A stretch of DNA of 64,000 nt from an uncultured Candidatus Saccharibacteria bacterium (GCA_964589975.1 CAZPVH010000001.1:164853-228852); one strand, 5' to 3'. Numbered from the stretch's first letter, positions 54,299 through 64,000 are shown. Notes: generated by a model not told the origin, from the letters alone. A program made the numbers and translations.

Positions 54299-55231
54299 AT
54301 GTTACAATGTCTACGCATGGGCTACAGTCTGTCTACAGACGACTTAAGAGAGAAATTCGGAAACCTGGTTTTAGAACTCATTTATCATAAGGAAAATAAA
54401 AGGACTTCTTGTGTTCGGAGATTGTCTGACAATGCCGCGCTGGCTTATAGCTACGTGGCATTTTTTAATGAAGGAATTCTGGCGCTCGGCAAAGAACTAC
54501 ACGACCAAATCGTGTCGGGAAAAAGTATCGGGGAAGTTATCAGAGACTCTGGAGTGCTTCATGAGCGCACGGAAAGCAAAAATTTTTCCTCTAAAGTAAA
54601 CCTCGGCTTATCTTTTTTATTTGATACGAGAAAGGATTATTGTCTGAGCAGGAAAGTTGATTACAAAATAAAAGGAACGTCGTATGCTTCGATTGTTGAA
54701 TTTTATAATCCGGAATACTTATCTATAGAGGATTCAAATCCACGACAAGATAATATTGGAATCGAGGACTACCTGATCATTGATCGACTGAAGCCCGGGT
54801 TTGAGGAAAAATATTTAGCGCTCGCGCATGGATTCCTGAAAAAACAAATGCATCTTGGTATCGAAGACCAGGATACTTTTATCGAAAAGACCCGAGAGAC
54901 ACTAAATTTACTCACGAGTGATACTAACACCAGATTATTCGTTGCGGCAAACCAAAGAGAATTTATTGGCTACATCGCCATCAACATTCACCCGGCGCTC
55001 CATATTAATGGCCTGGAATGCGTGGCGCGCGAGCTGTATGTCAAAGATGAATATCAGCGTAAAGGAATCGGCACAGCTCTAATGGCCTATATTGAACGAT
55101 ACGCAGCAAAGTTAGGATGCAAAAGGATATCATTAGCGACTAATTTGGAAAACGAGGTTCAGAAGGCATTTTATGAAAATATCGGTTTTTCTAAGCGCTG
55201 TGATTTTTTAACAAAAAGACTCACTGACTAA
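54299..55231 (+). CDS. Protein with a C-terminal GNAT N-acetyltransferase domain
   Basis: LYVKDEYQRKGIGTALMAYIERYAAKLGCKRISLATNLENEVQKAFYENIGF. Confidence 0.7.
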   Translation: MLQCLRMGYSLSTDDLREKFGNLVLELIYHKENKRTSCVRRLSDNAALAYSYVAFFNEGILALGKELHDQIVSGKSIGEVIRDSGVLHERTESKNFSSKVNLGLSFLFDTRKDYCLSRKVDYKIKGTSYASIVEFYNPEYLSIEDSNPRQDNIGIEDYLIIDRLKPGFEEKYLALAHGFLKKQMHLGIEDQDTFIEKTRETLNLLTSDTNTRLFVAANQREFIGYIAINIHPALHINGLECVARELYVKDEYQRKGIGTALMAYIERYAAKLGCKRISLATNLENEVQKAFYENIGFSKRCDFLTKRLTD

Positions 55232-55477
55232 ATGGGGAGGAGTAAATAAAATTCTGATTCAAAAATTATTTTAAATGATCCAAACCCTAACGGGGAACGG
55301 TCTAAGAACCCATTCTTAGGTAAAAATTTTAATCGCTGTAGGGAAGAAGTCCCTAGGAGGAAGCGTCGTAAAAGATATATTGTGCGACGCTTATCTATTC
55401 TGGAAAAGCCCTTCCCCCTATGAAAATGGCTCGGACTTTTAAATCCGGCCACTCATCAAATCCTCTGCTCTTTTCAC

Positions 55478-55792
55478 CTAGCACGACGCCGCCGGCGTAA
55501 GTCCGCTTCCCTCAGCTTCTTCCTTCGATTCAAAGAAAACTCTATTTTCAGGTTTTATGCGATTTATACTTTTGCAGCCTTTTGGATAGTATTTTGTCCC
55601 GCTCTTTGATGCCACAAAGGCATACTTTGACTCATCTATTGATAGGTTTTGAAGCTCTGGGATGATCACACGAGCTTCGCTCTTATCGCGGTACTCTTCG
55701 GCGACTGAAAGTCTGCCCAATCCGAAAGAAGCCGTGGCAGATAAAATAATAATAGCAATCAGCGCAATAGATTTTTTATCGATACTTTTCAT
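55478..55792 (-). CDS. Small secreted protein
   Basis: MKSIDKKSIALIAIIILSATASFG signal peptide. Confidence 0.4.
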   Translation of the reverse strand: MKSIDKKSIALIAIIILSATASFGLGRLSVAEEYRDKSEARVIIPELQNLSIDESKYAFVASKSGTKYYPKGCKSINRIKPENRVFFESKEEAEGSGLTPAASC

Positions 55793-56528
55793 CGACAATA
55801 TCTCCTAACTCATCAAAGTCAATTACAACTTCTTGAAGTCCGGCAGCCCATGGCGCAACCTGATACGGCTGGAAAATGATTACAAGCTTATTATCAAGTG
55901 TCAGATAAAACGCTTCGAAGTTAGTGCTGACAGGTTCTGTGCCGTCATTTATCCAATTCCCTTCAGTTCCAAGTTTCTCAGTAAGCTTCGTTCGAGAAAT
56001 CTCAGAAAGTTTTTTTAGGAACGCTGACTCGGGTACGAAAATACTTCCGAGGTACACTCGCTTTCCAGTTCGGTCATAAGTAAAGGTCTTTACTGCCAAG
56101 TTTCCATGCGCGCCGCCTGTGTAAGTTTCTATATTAAATATTATTGTTGTCGTATCCTTCCCTGCTGCAATCTTGAATTCGGAAATGAATGCATATGGCG
56201 CTGTTTGTCCAGGATACGGTTCGCCGCTCTGCTCCTTGAATTCGGCAATGGCTTTATTTATAAAATTTAGAATTTCGCTATCGACAGAGTCTATTCCTGT
56301 TACCGGGTATTCTGCTTTTATTGTGAAATGTCCGCCGTCTTCGGAGATCTTTTTTTTGACAGGATCCTTTGTTTCTGGGGTCTCACTTCCCTCTTCCCCA
56401 TCCGGGATCTCTGTATTTCCGAGATCTTCCGGCGCCTGATAATCAGGGCTATCTTTCCGAATCAAGAAGTATCCAAGTGCCAAAACTGCCAAAACCAGCA
56501 ACAAAATAAGGGTGTTTTTCATGGCCAT
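55776..56528 (-). CDS. Secreted or membrane-anchored protein (possibly DUF3298/DUF4163-like)
   Basis: N-terminal TM anchor, acidic linker, ...TYTGGAHGN... motif. Confidence 0.35.
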   Translation of the reverse strand: MAMKNTLILLLVLAVLALGYFLIRKDSPDYQAPEDLGNTEIPDGEEGSETPETKDPVKKKISEDGGHFTIKAEYPVTGIDSVDSEILNFINKAIAEFKEQSGEPYPGQTAPYAFISEFKIAAGKDTTTIIFNIETYTGGAHGNLAVKTFTYDRTGKRVYLGSIFVPESAFLKKLSEISRTKLTEKLGTEGNWINDGTEPVSTNFEAFYLTLDNKLVIIFQPYQVAPWAAGLQEVVIDFDELGDIVDEKYR

Positions 56529-56671
56529 ATTTTACCCTCACACCAATTAAATTGGAAGTGCACAAAAAGCCCAGATTTCACCACAGAATTGGTGTGAGGG
56601 TTTACCATATTGCATTTTTAGGGCATATGTTATATAGTTTCTGGACTTAAAAGCGTTTATTTAACACATAT

Positions 56672-56950
56672 ATGGCCCATAGAAAAGCCGGCGGTACAGC
56701 TAGAAACCTAAGAGATTCAAACCCTAAATACCTGGGGGTTAAGGTTGCAGACGGACAGTCTGTTAACGCGGGTGGAATCATTGTCCGCCAGCGTGGAACA
56801 GCTTTCCTTCCAGGAAATAACACCGATATGGGCAAGGATCATACAATTCATGCCCTGAAGGATGGAAAGGTCAAAATTGGCCTCACCAGGAAAGTTGGAT
56901 TCGATAATCGAACAGTTTCAAAGAAAATAATCCACGTTGTAACAAAGTAA
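56672..56950 (+). CDS. rpmA: 50S ribosomal protein L27
   Basis: [24 protein letters not shown]...IIVRQRGT. Confidence 0.9.
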   Translation: MAHRKAGGTARNLRDSNPKYLGVKVADGQSVNAGGIIVRQRGTAFLPGNNTDMGKDHTIHALKDGKVKIGLTRKVGFDNRTVSKKIIHVVTK

Positions 56951-56969
56951 TCCTTGAAACGAAAAGCGA

Positions 56970-56994
56970 AACCCCGGACATGCCGGGGTTTTTG
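56970..56994. terminator. Bidirectional terminator
   Basis: aaccccggacatgccggggtt plus tttt. Confidence 0.7.
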
Positions 56995-57012
56995 CTTGTT
57001 CATACTGCGAGC

Positions 57013-57216
57013 TTAATCAGCTTCCATACCGGCGTTCAATGGAGCTCCGCCAGTTGCCCGATGACACTTTGCAAACCGCTCTGAGAGGTCGCGCGCTCTA
57101 ATTTCATGCTTGAGTCGAACACATTCTTTCCGAAGCATTTTGATCTCCGAGCTCTTACTTGTCCTTTTTGACTTTCTTCCGCTCATTGCTCTGGGTATTT
57201 TCAAATACAATATCAC
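57013..57216 (-). CDS. Doubtful small basic ORF downstream of rplI
   Basis: ORF only; lies between the rplI stop and a shared terminator. Confidence 0.2.
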   Translation of the reverse strand: MILYLKIPRAMSGRKSKRTSKSSEIKMLRKECVRLKHEIRARDLSERFAKCHRATGGAPLNAGMEAD

Positions 57217-57237
57217 GGGTTTTAATCAGTCGCAATC

Positions 57238-57675
57238 TTAATCTGCTTCGATTGAGATTTTGAGATTATGTCCTTCTGCACCGACAATCGGAAGTTCTAA
57301 CTCCCCTGTCTTCTTTATTGGACTTCGTAGATCTAAATTCTTTTCATCAAGATGAATTTCCTTTTCTTTTAGAAGCGTCAGGATTTCCCGAGCTGAGACG
57401 CCTGAGAATAGATGTCCTTCATCATTTGCCTTCTTCTTTATCACAAGTGTGAAGTCGGTAAGCTTATCAAGTGCATCTTGAAACTCCTTGGAGTGCTTAG
57501 CCACCTGTCCTGCTCTCGCGTCAGTTCTCTTCTTTAGCTCAGCGAGCATTCCCGGCGTGGCTTCGACAGCCAATTTCTTCGGGATCAAGAAATTTCGTGC
57601 GTATCCTTCGTTTATCTCCTTTACTTCGTCTTTCTGCCCCTTCTTCTTTACGTTCTGGAGGAATATGACTTTCAT
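57238..57675 (-). CDS. rplI: 50S ribosomal protein L9
   Basis: MKVIFLQNVKKKGQKDEVKEINEGYARNFLIP. Confidence 0.85.
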   Translation of the reverse strand: MKVIFLQNVKKKGQKDEVKEINEGYARNFLIPKKLAVEATPGMLAELKKRTDARAGQVAKHSKEFQDALDKLTDFTLVIKKKANDEGHLFSGVSAREILTLLKEKEIHLDEKNLDLRSPIKKTGELELPIVGAEGHNLKISIEAD

Positions 57676-57794
57676 CCCGTTAAAAACAGGTCGCGGTCTT
57701 CGCGCTACCCGTTTTTTGAATACTTATAATGATTTAAGATATTACCATAAAGAAACATTGCACGCGACTGCGGTTTCTAACGGGATTCATATCT

Positions 57795-59000
57795 TTATTT
57801 TAGTATTTCTATGGCTTTTTCAAGCTGTGTATCAATCTTGTTCTTTTCAAGCTTCTCTAAGTCAAGTTCGACCTCATAGTCAGGCTTTAGACCTTCTTTT
57901 GAGATGGACTTTCCGTTTGGCGTAAGCCACTGCGCGATGGTGAGCTTCAGGGCCGTACCGTCGTCCATTGGGATTAGTTCCTGAACTGAACCCTTGCCGA
58001 ATGTCTGGGTCCCGACAAGCTTGGCCGCGCCATGTTCTTGGAGCGCCCCGGCCATGATTTCAGACGCCGAAGCGGATCCGCCGTTTACGAGTATTGCCAT
58101 TTTGTAATCGCCTGAAAGGAAATGGCCTTTAGCTTTGAATTCACGATCTTCGGTATCGTCTTTACCATCCTCAGAGACGATAAGCGTCCCTTCGGGTAGG
58201 AACCAGCTGGAGATATCGACGGCTGCTGAAAGGTAGCCTCCGGGATTGTTTCGAAGATCAACAATGAGCCTTTTTGAACTGGTATTTGCAAACAGTTTGA
58301 GCGCCTCCTGAAATTCCTTGCTGGAATTATCGCCAAAACTTGAGAACTTTATAAGGAACACGCCATCGTCACGGAGATATTCCGTTTCAATGACCGGAAC
58401 AACAATGAGTTCTCGCACTATAGAAAATTCCAAAACTTCATCAGACCCCTTTCTGGCCACAGAAACAACAACGGTTGTTCCCTTCTCTCCCCTAATAAGA
58501 TCCACCGCTTCGTCAAGCGTGAGTTCGGCCGTGTATGTTTCGTCAACCTTTAAGAGCACATCGCCCGCAAGTATTCCTGCGCGTTCGGCCGGAGAATTCT
58601 TGAGCGGCGCAATGACTGTAATTTGTTCTCCACGCATACCAACTTCCATGCCAACACCAGAGAACTCGCCTTTGAGATCAGTGTGCAGATCTTCATTTTC
58701 TTCCGGAGTCAGATAGTTGGTGTACGGATCGCCGACAGAATCAACGAGACCCTTTATCGCTCCCCAGACCTTCTCCTCGTCACTTGTCTCAGTTCCAGCC
58801 GGGTGGCGTTCCTCGATCAGGCGCCAAACCTCCCAGAAATCCTTAAAATCTGCTCTCCTAGATATATCAAACGGTGCAAGGCTGTTGTTAACCTTTGCAA
58901 CTTGGCTTTCGGCAATGCTGTTGTGCGAACCGATATAGAGTCCGGCGGCAAACGTTATAATGGCAAGTAGTGTGCCTGTAAAAAATTTATGTGGTTTCAT
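57795..59000 (-). CDS. ctpA: Carboxyl-terminal processing protease (S41; PDZ-containing)
   Basis: PDZ region plus ILVNGGSASASEIMAGALQ and FGKGSVQ. Confidence 0.85.
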   Translation of the reverse strand: MKPHKFFTGTLLAIITFAAGLYIGSHNSIAESQVAKVNNSLAPFDISRRADFKDFWEVWRLIEERHPAGTETSDEEKVWGAIKGLVDSVGDPYTNYLTPEENEDLHTDLKGEFSGVGMEVGMRGEQITVIAPLKNSPAERAGILAGDVLLKVDETYTAELTLDEAVDLIRGEKGTTVVVSVARKGSDEVLEFSIVRELIVVPVIETEYLRDDGVFLIKFSSFGDNSSKEFQEALKLFANTSSKRLIVDLRNNPGGYLSAAVDISSWFLPEGTLIVSEDGKDDTEDREFKAKGHFLSGDYKMAILVNGGSASASEIMAGALQEHGAAKLVGTQTFGKGSVQELIPMDDGTALKLTIAQWLTPNGKSISKEGLKPDYEVELDLEKLEKNKIDTQLEKAIEILK

Positions 59001-59054
59001 GTTGAATGGTTCCAGATATAAGTCTGGCTATTTTAGCATTAAAAGGTCTAAATA

Positions 59055-60212
59055 CTAATCTGGCGTATATGCCGCTTTTGTGTAGTTATTTCGTGGGTCC
59101 CACATGAGCCACGACGTCAGCCCGGCGTCATAAGTTGCCGTCATCTGGGCTTTAACCATCTCTGCGGTATATGTTGCGCCGAGGTTAAAATCTTGGAGCC
59201 AAGGTCTAATTTTTGTTCGAGGCTCGCCCATTGCCTCCATCCGATCCCCTGCCTTATCCATGGTTATCTTTATGACGTCATATGGGTGTTCAGCGGGATT
59301 TTTGAAGCCATTCCAGCCGTTCGGGAAGTGGGATGGATAGACCATTGGCGCGATGTAGTCAAAGTATGGCGCGGCGCGCTCCAGCACCTGCCCGATCCCC
59401 AAGTCGTCCGTGTTGGTGGCGACCATGCCGAAAAGATCCGCCGAGATTACCATCGGCTTTTTGCCGACGCGGAGTTTCTCGTCGGCATATTTGAAAAATG
59501 ATTCCAAGACTTCCGGCTTGGCCTTGCCGTCAGATAGTGGGAAATAAATATTTTGCATGTCGCCGTCCGATGGGAATCGGATGTAGTCAAAATTAATCTC
59601 GTCAAATCCAACGGCATACGATTCTTCAGCGAGAGCAATCACGTAATCCCAAACTTTTTGGCTGCCGGCATCAAACCAACCGATCCCTTTGTGATCTGCC
59701 CAAAGTTTAGATTTGTCTGCCTTTTGCTTCACTGCTTCTTCGGGCCACTTTTTTATGAGGTAGGGATCCTGAAAAACGGCAATTCTACCAATGACGTAAA
59801 TATTTTTATCATGAAGCCTATCGATAAGTTCACGGATTTCAGGAATCCTGTTATCAGAAGATTCCAAACTTTTGAAGGGTTCATTTTGGATATCGAAAGA
59901 AACTTTTCCGGTCGCGTCTTTTATATCTATTACCACAGCATTTACCTCTGTTGTATCTATTAGTGTAATAAGGCGTTCACGTATGCTTGGCGTACCACCC
60001 ACCCAGCTTGTCATGTAAACAGCCTTTACCGCTTCTGGGGTTGGTAAGTGCCGTACCACTGGACCAGTATCGGGAATTTCTATAACACTGCCATTAAAAA
60101 AATTCTCACTCGCAATTGCGTTGGCAGAATATTCACGAGATGGCGCATAAAAATATATCCCGAGCGGGATAATAGTTGCGAATCCTAAAATAGCCATGTT
60201 CTTCTTATTCAT
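59055..60212 (-). CDS. Putative secreted TIM-barrel glycoside-hydrolase-like protein
   Basis: signal anchor; FDEINFDYIRFPSDGD block typical of GH-like families; family not pinned down. Confidence 0.4.
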   Translation of the reverse strand: MNKKNMAILGFATIIPLGIYFYAPSREYSANAIASENFFNGSVIEIPDTGPVVRHLPTPEAVKAVYMTSWVGGTPSIRERLITLIDTTEVNAVVIDIKDATGKVSFDIQNEPFKSLESSDNRIPEIRELIDRLHDKNIYVIGRIAVFQDPYLIKKWPEEAVKQKADKSKLWADHKGIGWFDAGSQKVWDYVIALAEESYAVGFDEINFDYIRFPSDGDMQNIYFPLSDGKAKPEVLESFFKYADEKLRVGKKPMVISADLFGMVATNTDDLGIGQVLERAAPYFDYIAPMVYPSHFPNGWNGFKNPAEHPYDVIKITMDKAGDRMEAMGEPRTKIRPWLQDFNLGATYTAEMVKAQMTATYDAGLTSWLMWDPRNNYTKAAYTPD

Positions 60213-60314
60213 CCCGATAGTGACAGGTCGCGGTCTTCACGCAACAATCAAGTTCAATTTTAATAATTTTTCGATTTTTTATCATATATGTCTGAAATTT
60301 CTGAGCGACCACGG

Positions 60315-60680
60315 TCACTGACGGGATTCATGAACGGCAGTATCTTTTTTCTTTATAAAAACGAACCCGTTTGATTCGAGTGGCGGCGTTTCTTTGACAA
60401 GTGGCGGCAGATAAGGACTTGGGATTTTCTTTTCAGCACGCTTTCGAACGGCAACCGGTTTCTGAACTACAATTTTCGGCTCAGCTGCTTTTTTCTTTTC
60501 AATGTATAAGCTGTATGCAGAAATTAGAATGATAAAACCGAATCCGAAATACACGGCATTCTCTACCATGCCGGAAAATCCAAGGTGCGGCAAAGCCATA
60601 GTGAGAAGTCCAATCAAAAAAAGTCTTTTAGCGCGTCCCATAACACGCTCATTGTACACCCGCCGCTTTAAAACCCCCAA
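60315..60680 (-). CDS. Hypothetical membrane protein
   Basis: two TM helices, Pro/Lys-rich tail. Confidence 0.4.
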   Translation of the reverse strand: MGVLKRRVYNERVMGRAKRLFLIGLLTMALPHLGFSGMVENAVYFGFGFIILISAYSLYIEKKKAAEPKIVVQKPVAVRKRAEKKIPSPYLPPLVKETPPLESNGFVFIKKKDTAVHESRQ

Positions 60681-60692
60681 ATTTCCTGTTGA

Positions 60693-61379
60693 TTACGAGG
60701 CTGAAACGATGACTACGAACTCTCCGCGGATCTTGTCCGGGTTTTGTTTGAAGTACTGGAGAACGTCCGAAGCCGACCCAGAGACTGTTTCTTCAAAGAT
60801 TTTTGTCAGTTCTCGGGCGATGACGACTTTTTTGTCGTCCTCAAGGTATTTAGCGAGTGATTCGAGAGTTTTTTCTATTCTGTGCGGAGATTCGTAGAAG
60901 ACCGACGTCCTTTCTGAGGCTGCAATCTCTTTGAATAAAGTCTCCCTGCCCTTCTTGTGCGGAAGGAATCCATAAAAAGTAAACTGTGGGCTCGGAATAC
61001 CGCTTATCGATAGAGCGGCGGTTAGGGCCGAAGCTCCAGGGATGGCGACAATTTTTACATCAGGCAATTCACGCTTAACCATCTCGATCAACATCACACC
61101 TGGGTCTGATATTGTCGGCGTACCAGCGTCGGAAACTAGAGCGAGTGACTTCCCCTCGCGAAGCATTTCAATTATCTTCTCGTGCTTTGAGAGCTTTGAC
61201 TGGGCATGATAGCTCATAGTTCCAGTGCCGATAGCATAGTGATCTAGGAGGTGTCTGGTCACTCTGGTATCCTCACACAGCACTAAATCAACGCTTTTAA
61301 GCGTCTCTATGGCCCTGTGGGTCATATCCCCCATGTTCCCTATTGGGGTGGCTATGACGTATAAATTGCCAGGATTCAT
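60693..61379 (-). CDS. rsmI: 16S rRNA (cytidine1402-2'-O)-methyltransferase RsmI
   Basis: tetrapyrrole-methylase fold; MNPGNLYVIATPIGNMGDMTHRAIETLKSVDLVLCEDTR. Confidence 0.85.
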   Translation of the reverse strand: MNPGNLYVIATPIGNMGDMTHRAIETLKSVDLVLCEDTRVTRHLLDHYAIGTGTMSYHAQSKLSKHEKIIEMLREGKSLALVSDAGTPTISDPGVMLIEMVKRELPDVKIVAIPGASALTAALSISGIPSPQFTFYGFLPHKKGRETLFKEIAASERTSVFYESPHRIEKTLESLAKYLEDDKKVVIARELTKIFEETVSGSASDVLQYFKQNPDKIRGEFVVIVSAS

Positions 61380-61439
61380 GAGGTGTATAATACTTGACTT
61401 TTAAGTAAATGTCTAGTATAAAGTAAAAAACTTCACCAA

Positions 61440-61703
61440 ATGCCCTGTGTACTTTTGGCCGTGACGGCCGCCATCATCGGTACCCTCATTGGTTACCATA
61501 TCCTCCAAAGAAAAAGGAGCGTAACCTGTCCAGACTGCCATCGGTCCCTACATTTCGAAAGAGGGATGGTCAGGATAGCTCCCGCCGGATTCACCATCAG
61601 AGAAGAAACCGTCCATTGCCCTGATTGTTTCAAGGCCTATGGAAGAACGGTTACCATGGATTCGACATGTGAAGAATGTGTGAGCGAATGGGTCCCGATT
61701 TAG
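61440..61703 (+). CDS. Small membrane protein with two CPDC zinc-ribbon motifs
   Basis: TM helix; CPDCH...HCPDCF. Confidence 0.45.
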   Translation: MPCVLLAVTAAIIGTLIGYHILQRKRSVTCPDCHRSLHFERGMVRIAPAGFTIREETVHCPDCFKAYGRTVTMDSTCEECVSEWVPI

Positions 61704-61704
61704 A

Positions 61705-61747
61705 CACCCGCAGAAGGACACCCCTTCGCGGGTGTTTCTTTTTTATG
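61705..61747 (+). terminator. Intrinsic terminator (type CACCCGC...GCGGGTGTTTCTTTTT)
   Basis: near-identical to the terminator at 62035-62075. Confidence 0.7.
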
Positions 61748-61776
61748 TTGACTTAATAAGGCTTCTCCGGTATAAA
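61748..61776 (+). promoter_or_regulatory. Promoter TTGACT-N17-TATAAA
   Basis: same architecture as 62089-62117. Confidence 0.5.
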
Positions 61777-61793
61777 CGGAAAAAACATACAAA

Positions 61794-62024
61794 GTGATGA
61801 CAACATCAGCAGAGCTCAAAAGTCGTGTGGGAATACTCGAAACCAGAGAACAGCTGGAAAAGTCGATACAGGAGATCCGGGACAAGGCCAATGCTGAAAT
61901 GAAGCCCCTTCAGGATGAACTCGCGAAGCTTCAAAAGAAATGTTACCACCCAGGCATGCCGTATAATCCATACAATGGTACATCAATTGGATGGACATGT
62001 CCGGATTGCAAAGCGAACTTCTAA
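61794..62024 (+). CDS. Small coiled-coil protein with a C-terminal CPDC zinc-ribbon motif
   Basis: ...KKCYHPGMPYNPYNGTSIGWTCPDCKANF; paralogous C-terminus to 61440..61703. Confidence 0.45.
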   Translation: MMTTSAELKSRVGILETREQLEKSIQEIRDKANAEMKPLQDELAKLQKKCYHPGMPYNPYNGTSIGWTCPDCKANF

Positions 62025-62034
62025 GACATCACAC

Positions 62035-62075
62035 TCACCCGCACTGAAACACCTTAGCGGGTGTTTCTTTTTACC
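62035..62075 (+). terminator. Intrinsic terminator (same family as 61705-61747)
   Basis: cacccgc...gcgggtg tttcttttt. Confidence 0.7.
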
Positions 62076-62088
62076 CTATCTAATAAAC

Positions 62089-62117
62089 TTGACTCAAGCT
62101 TCGGCGCAGGGTATAAA
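62089..62117 (+). promoter_or_regulatory. Promoter TTGACT-N17-TATAAA
   Basis: 17-nt spacer; ATG 20 nt downstream. Confidence 0.5.
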
Positions 62118-62136
62118 GTGACAAACAACACAGCCC

Positions 62137-62415
62137 ATGACAGATACAGTAGCCCCTCCAAAACCCAAATTCAGCACGAAGTTCGCCTTTGAGATCCAAG
62201 AGATCTCGGGAATTCCAACAGAGAAGTCCTCGCAGGCGATCATGATCTTCAATGAAGAAAGGTGTCGGCAGGGTTTCAGGATATACGCCGCGCGTTACGA
62301 AGATGGCCATTTCGTTAAGGCCGAGAATGACGGCAGCCACCACAGTTTCTACGTCCGCGTTCCCATCGGCCGTTTCGGCGAGATCATAAAAGAACTCAAG
62401 GCGCTCACCCTCTAA
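62137..62415 (+). CDS. Hypothetical 92-aa protein
   Basis: ORF with its own promoter and terminator. Confidence 0.45.
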   Translation: MTDTVAPPKPKFSTKFAFEIQEISGIPTEKSSQAIMIFNEERCRQGFRIYAARYEDGHFVKAENDGSHHSFYVRVPIGRFGEIIKELKALTL

Positions 62416-62434
62416 GGATCCCGATACGAACGCA

Positions 62435-62460
62435 AAGCCCGGCCATGTGCCGGGCTTTTT
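62435..62460 (+). terminator. Intrinsic terminator
   Basis: gcccggccatgtgccgggc plus ttttt. Confidence 0.7.
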
Positions 62461-62502
62461 CGCTGCCATTTTTAATTTAATTACATAATTTCTTGCAAAA
62501 GT

Positions 62503-63321
62503 TTATTCAATTTTTTCCTTTTCCAGCAATAAATCAGTTATTTTTACCATTGACTCATAGTTTTCTGTCTTTAAGGCAAATGTTTTAGCAATTTCCAGCT
62601 CCTCTTTGCTCAAATCTTCGTGGCTGTGGGCCAAATCAACCATTTTTAAATAGGCCATACTTAATATAATTTCAGCCACATCACTTGGATCTGACCACTT
62701 AATCTCCGGAAGATTATTTAGAAGCGAAGCAAGAACAAGAAATTGGGCTGAACGAAGCTGGTTTAAAATATTTTTTTCCTCATAGTCATCATCTCCTGGG
62801 ATACCTGGATCAACTACCGGCCCTATCTTTTTTAATTCATTTCTTATTTTCGATATCGCGATTGTTCTTTCTTCAGCTGACAATTCTTTTCCCAGGGTCA
62901 TTTTAGTCGACGTCTCTGATATCTTGCTTCTTTGATCCTTAATCTCTTTTATTCTAACGGCAAGATTTTCACGATTAGACTTATTTGCCATTGTTATAAG
63001 ATCGTCAATGTCATGAGTCATTTTAAAACTAAGGAATTTCTCCTGTTCATCCTTTGATGATAATTCAAAAATTTTTAAATCCATATTCAAGAAAACATCT
63101 GATATGTCCTCTGCGTTCTCGAAGAACATAGAAAATTCCGCTTCGTTTCTTATCTTTTTAAAAATAATTTCTCTCCTGTCTGAATCACTAAAATTTGAAT
63201 ACTCCTTGCTAATAGAAGAATATCTCTCCATTATTCGGAACCATTTCCTTTTTATTTCATCAATAGCATTCTTTTCATTATTTGATTGTATTGGCCCGCC
63301 CTCCATAATTATTTCCGCCAC
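62503..63321 (-). CDS. Hypothetical coiled-coil protein
   Basis: 272 aa, Lys/Glu-rich; 13-nt overlap with atpC. Confidence 0.45.
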   Translation of the reverse strand: MAEIIMEGGPIQSNNEKNAIDEIKRKWFRIMERYSSISKEYSNFSDSDRREIIFKKIRNEAEFSMFFENAEDISDVFLNMDLKIFELSSKDEQEKFLSFKMTHDIDDLITMANKSNRENLAVRIKEIKDQRSKISETSTKMTLGKELSAEERTIAISKIRNELKKIGPVVDPGIPGDDDYEEKNILNQLRSAQFLVLASLLNNLPEIKWSDPSDVAEIILSMAYLKMVDLAHSHEDLSKEELEIAKTFALKTENYESMVKITDLLLEKEKIE

Positions 63322-63734
63322 TTCTTGCCAATATTAATTCGATTTAATTCTTTTTCCATCATGCTTTGCATGCGAGCATAATCCACATCGGCAATATTCT
63401 GATCCATAACCATTGCTTCCTGCGCGCGCTTGTAGGCGTCTTCGGCCCGAGCGACATCAATGTCATGCGCGAGTTCACCGCGTTCAGCGAGAATAACTAT
63501 AGTGTGGCCATCGCGAACTTCAAGTATGCCGCCGGAAACAGCCAGGCCGAGAGTTACGCCATCTTTTATCAAATGCGCCTCGCCGGTCTTGATCGGCGCG
63601 ATGAGCGGAATGTGTCCTGGGAGAACTGTTATCTCGCCCTCCTTGGTTGGGATTGTGACAGACGAAATACCGACAGAATCATAAACGACTCGGTCCGGCG
63701 TCACAATCTTCAGTTCGAGGAGTTTCTGTTCCAT
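63309..63734 (-). CDS. atpC: F-type ATP synthase epsilon subunit
   Basis: LKIVTPDRVVYDSVGISSVTIPTKEGEITVLPGHIPLIAPI. Confidence 0.85.
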   Translation of the reverse strand: MEQKLLELKIVTPDRVVYDSVGISSVTIPTKEGEITVLPGHIPLIAPIKTGEAHLIKDGVTLGLAVSGGILEVRDGHTIVILAERGELAHDIDVARAEDAYKRAQEAMVMDQNIADVDYARMQSMMEKELNRINIGKKWRK

Positions 63735-63736
63735 TT

Positions 63737-64000
<264 letters not shown>

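Overview
This 64 kb window looks like part of a small, streamlined bacterial chromosome of Patescibacteria/CPR-like character. That assignment is inferred from short proteins, about 40-50% GC, many small membrane or secreted hypotheticals, and repeated leaderless TATAAT-ATG arrangements. Most of the window is core housekeeping. At the left end are corA (partial), rplU, recR, dnaB, trpS, a small CDA-fold deaminase and a YgcG-like TPM-domain protein. In the middle are sppA, an ABC-F ATPase, a 1011-aa NHL-repeat surface protein with a C-terminal peptidoglycan-binding domain, a PQQ-type sugar dehydrogenase, aspS/asnS and an ABC exporter. These are followed by a division and cell-wall cluster (scpA, scpB, a D-Ala-D-Ala carboxypeptidase, mraY, ftsW, murG), then gltX, an M23 peptidase, an MGMT-domain mini-protein and an AdoHcyase-like protein. 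At the right end are a GNAT acetyltransferase, rpmA, rplI, ctpA, rsmI and atpC-atpD. The most unusual part is a very AT-rich island of about 30% GC at roughly 17.9-22.7 kb, wedged between sppA and a YdjM-like membrane hydrolase. The island has a leaderless LexA-like S24 repressor gene 9 bp upstream of a beta-class DPPY DNA methyltransferase, and a single-chain endonuclease with two tandem PD-(D/E)xK (D...EYK) modules on the opposite strand. A second beta-class methyltransferase begins 3 bp from that endonuclease's start codon, and it is followed by a NucS/RecB-like PD-(D/E)xK protein with an unknown 200-aa C-terminal domain. I read this as an asymmetric-site (Type IIS/IIT-like) restriction-modification system under SOS-type control with an extra nuclease, which may be a new defence architecture. 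Other points worth a second look include an ArsR-like regulator plus GIY-YIG nuclease pair bracketed by 23-bp repeats containing the palindrome ATTCGCGCGAAT, and a GC-rich 69-codon gene with a perfect TTGACA-N17-TATAGT promoter and a strong terminator. Two candidate non-coding RNA regions (10.26-10.43 kb and 16.4-16.9 kb) each end in an intrinsic terminator, and there is a frameshifted Cys-rich gene next to the YgcG-like gene. A GC-elevated flotillin gene is inserted into the mraY-ftsW cluster, and the recR product lacks the C4 zinc finger. Finally, there are three tandem small-gene cassettes with near-identical promoters and terminators, two of them encoding CPDC zinc-ribbon paralogues. No rRNA, confident tRNA, CRISPR array, transposase or integrase was found.
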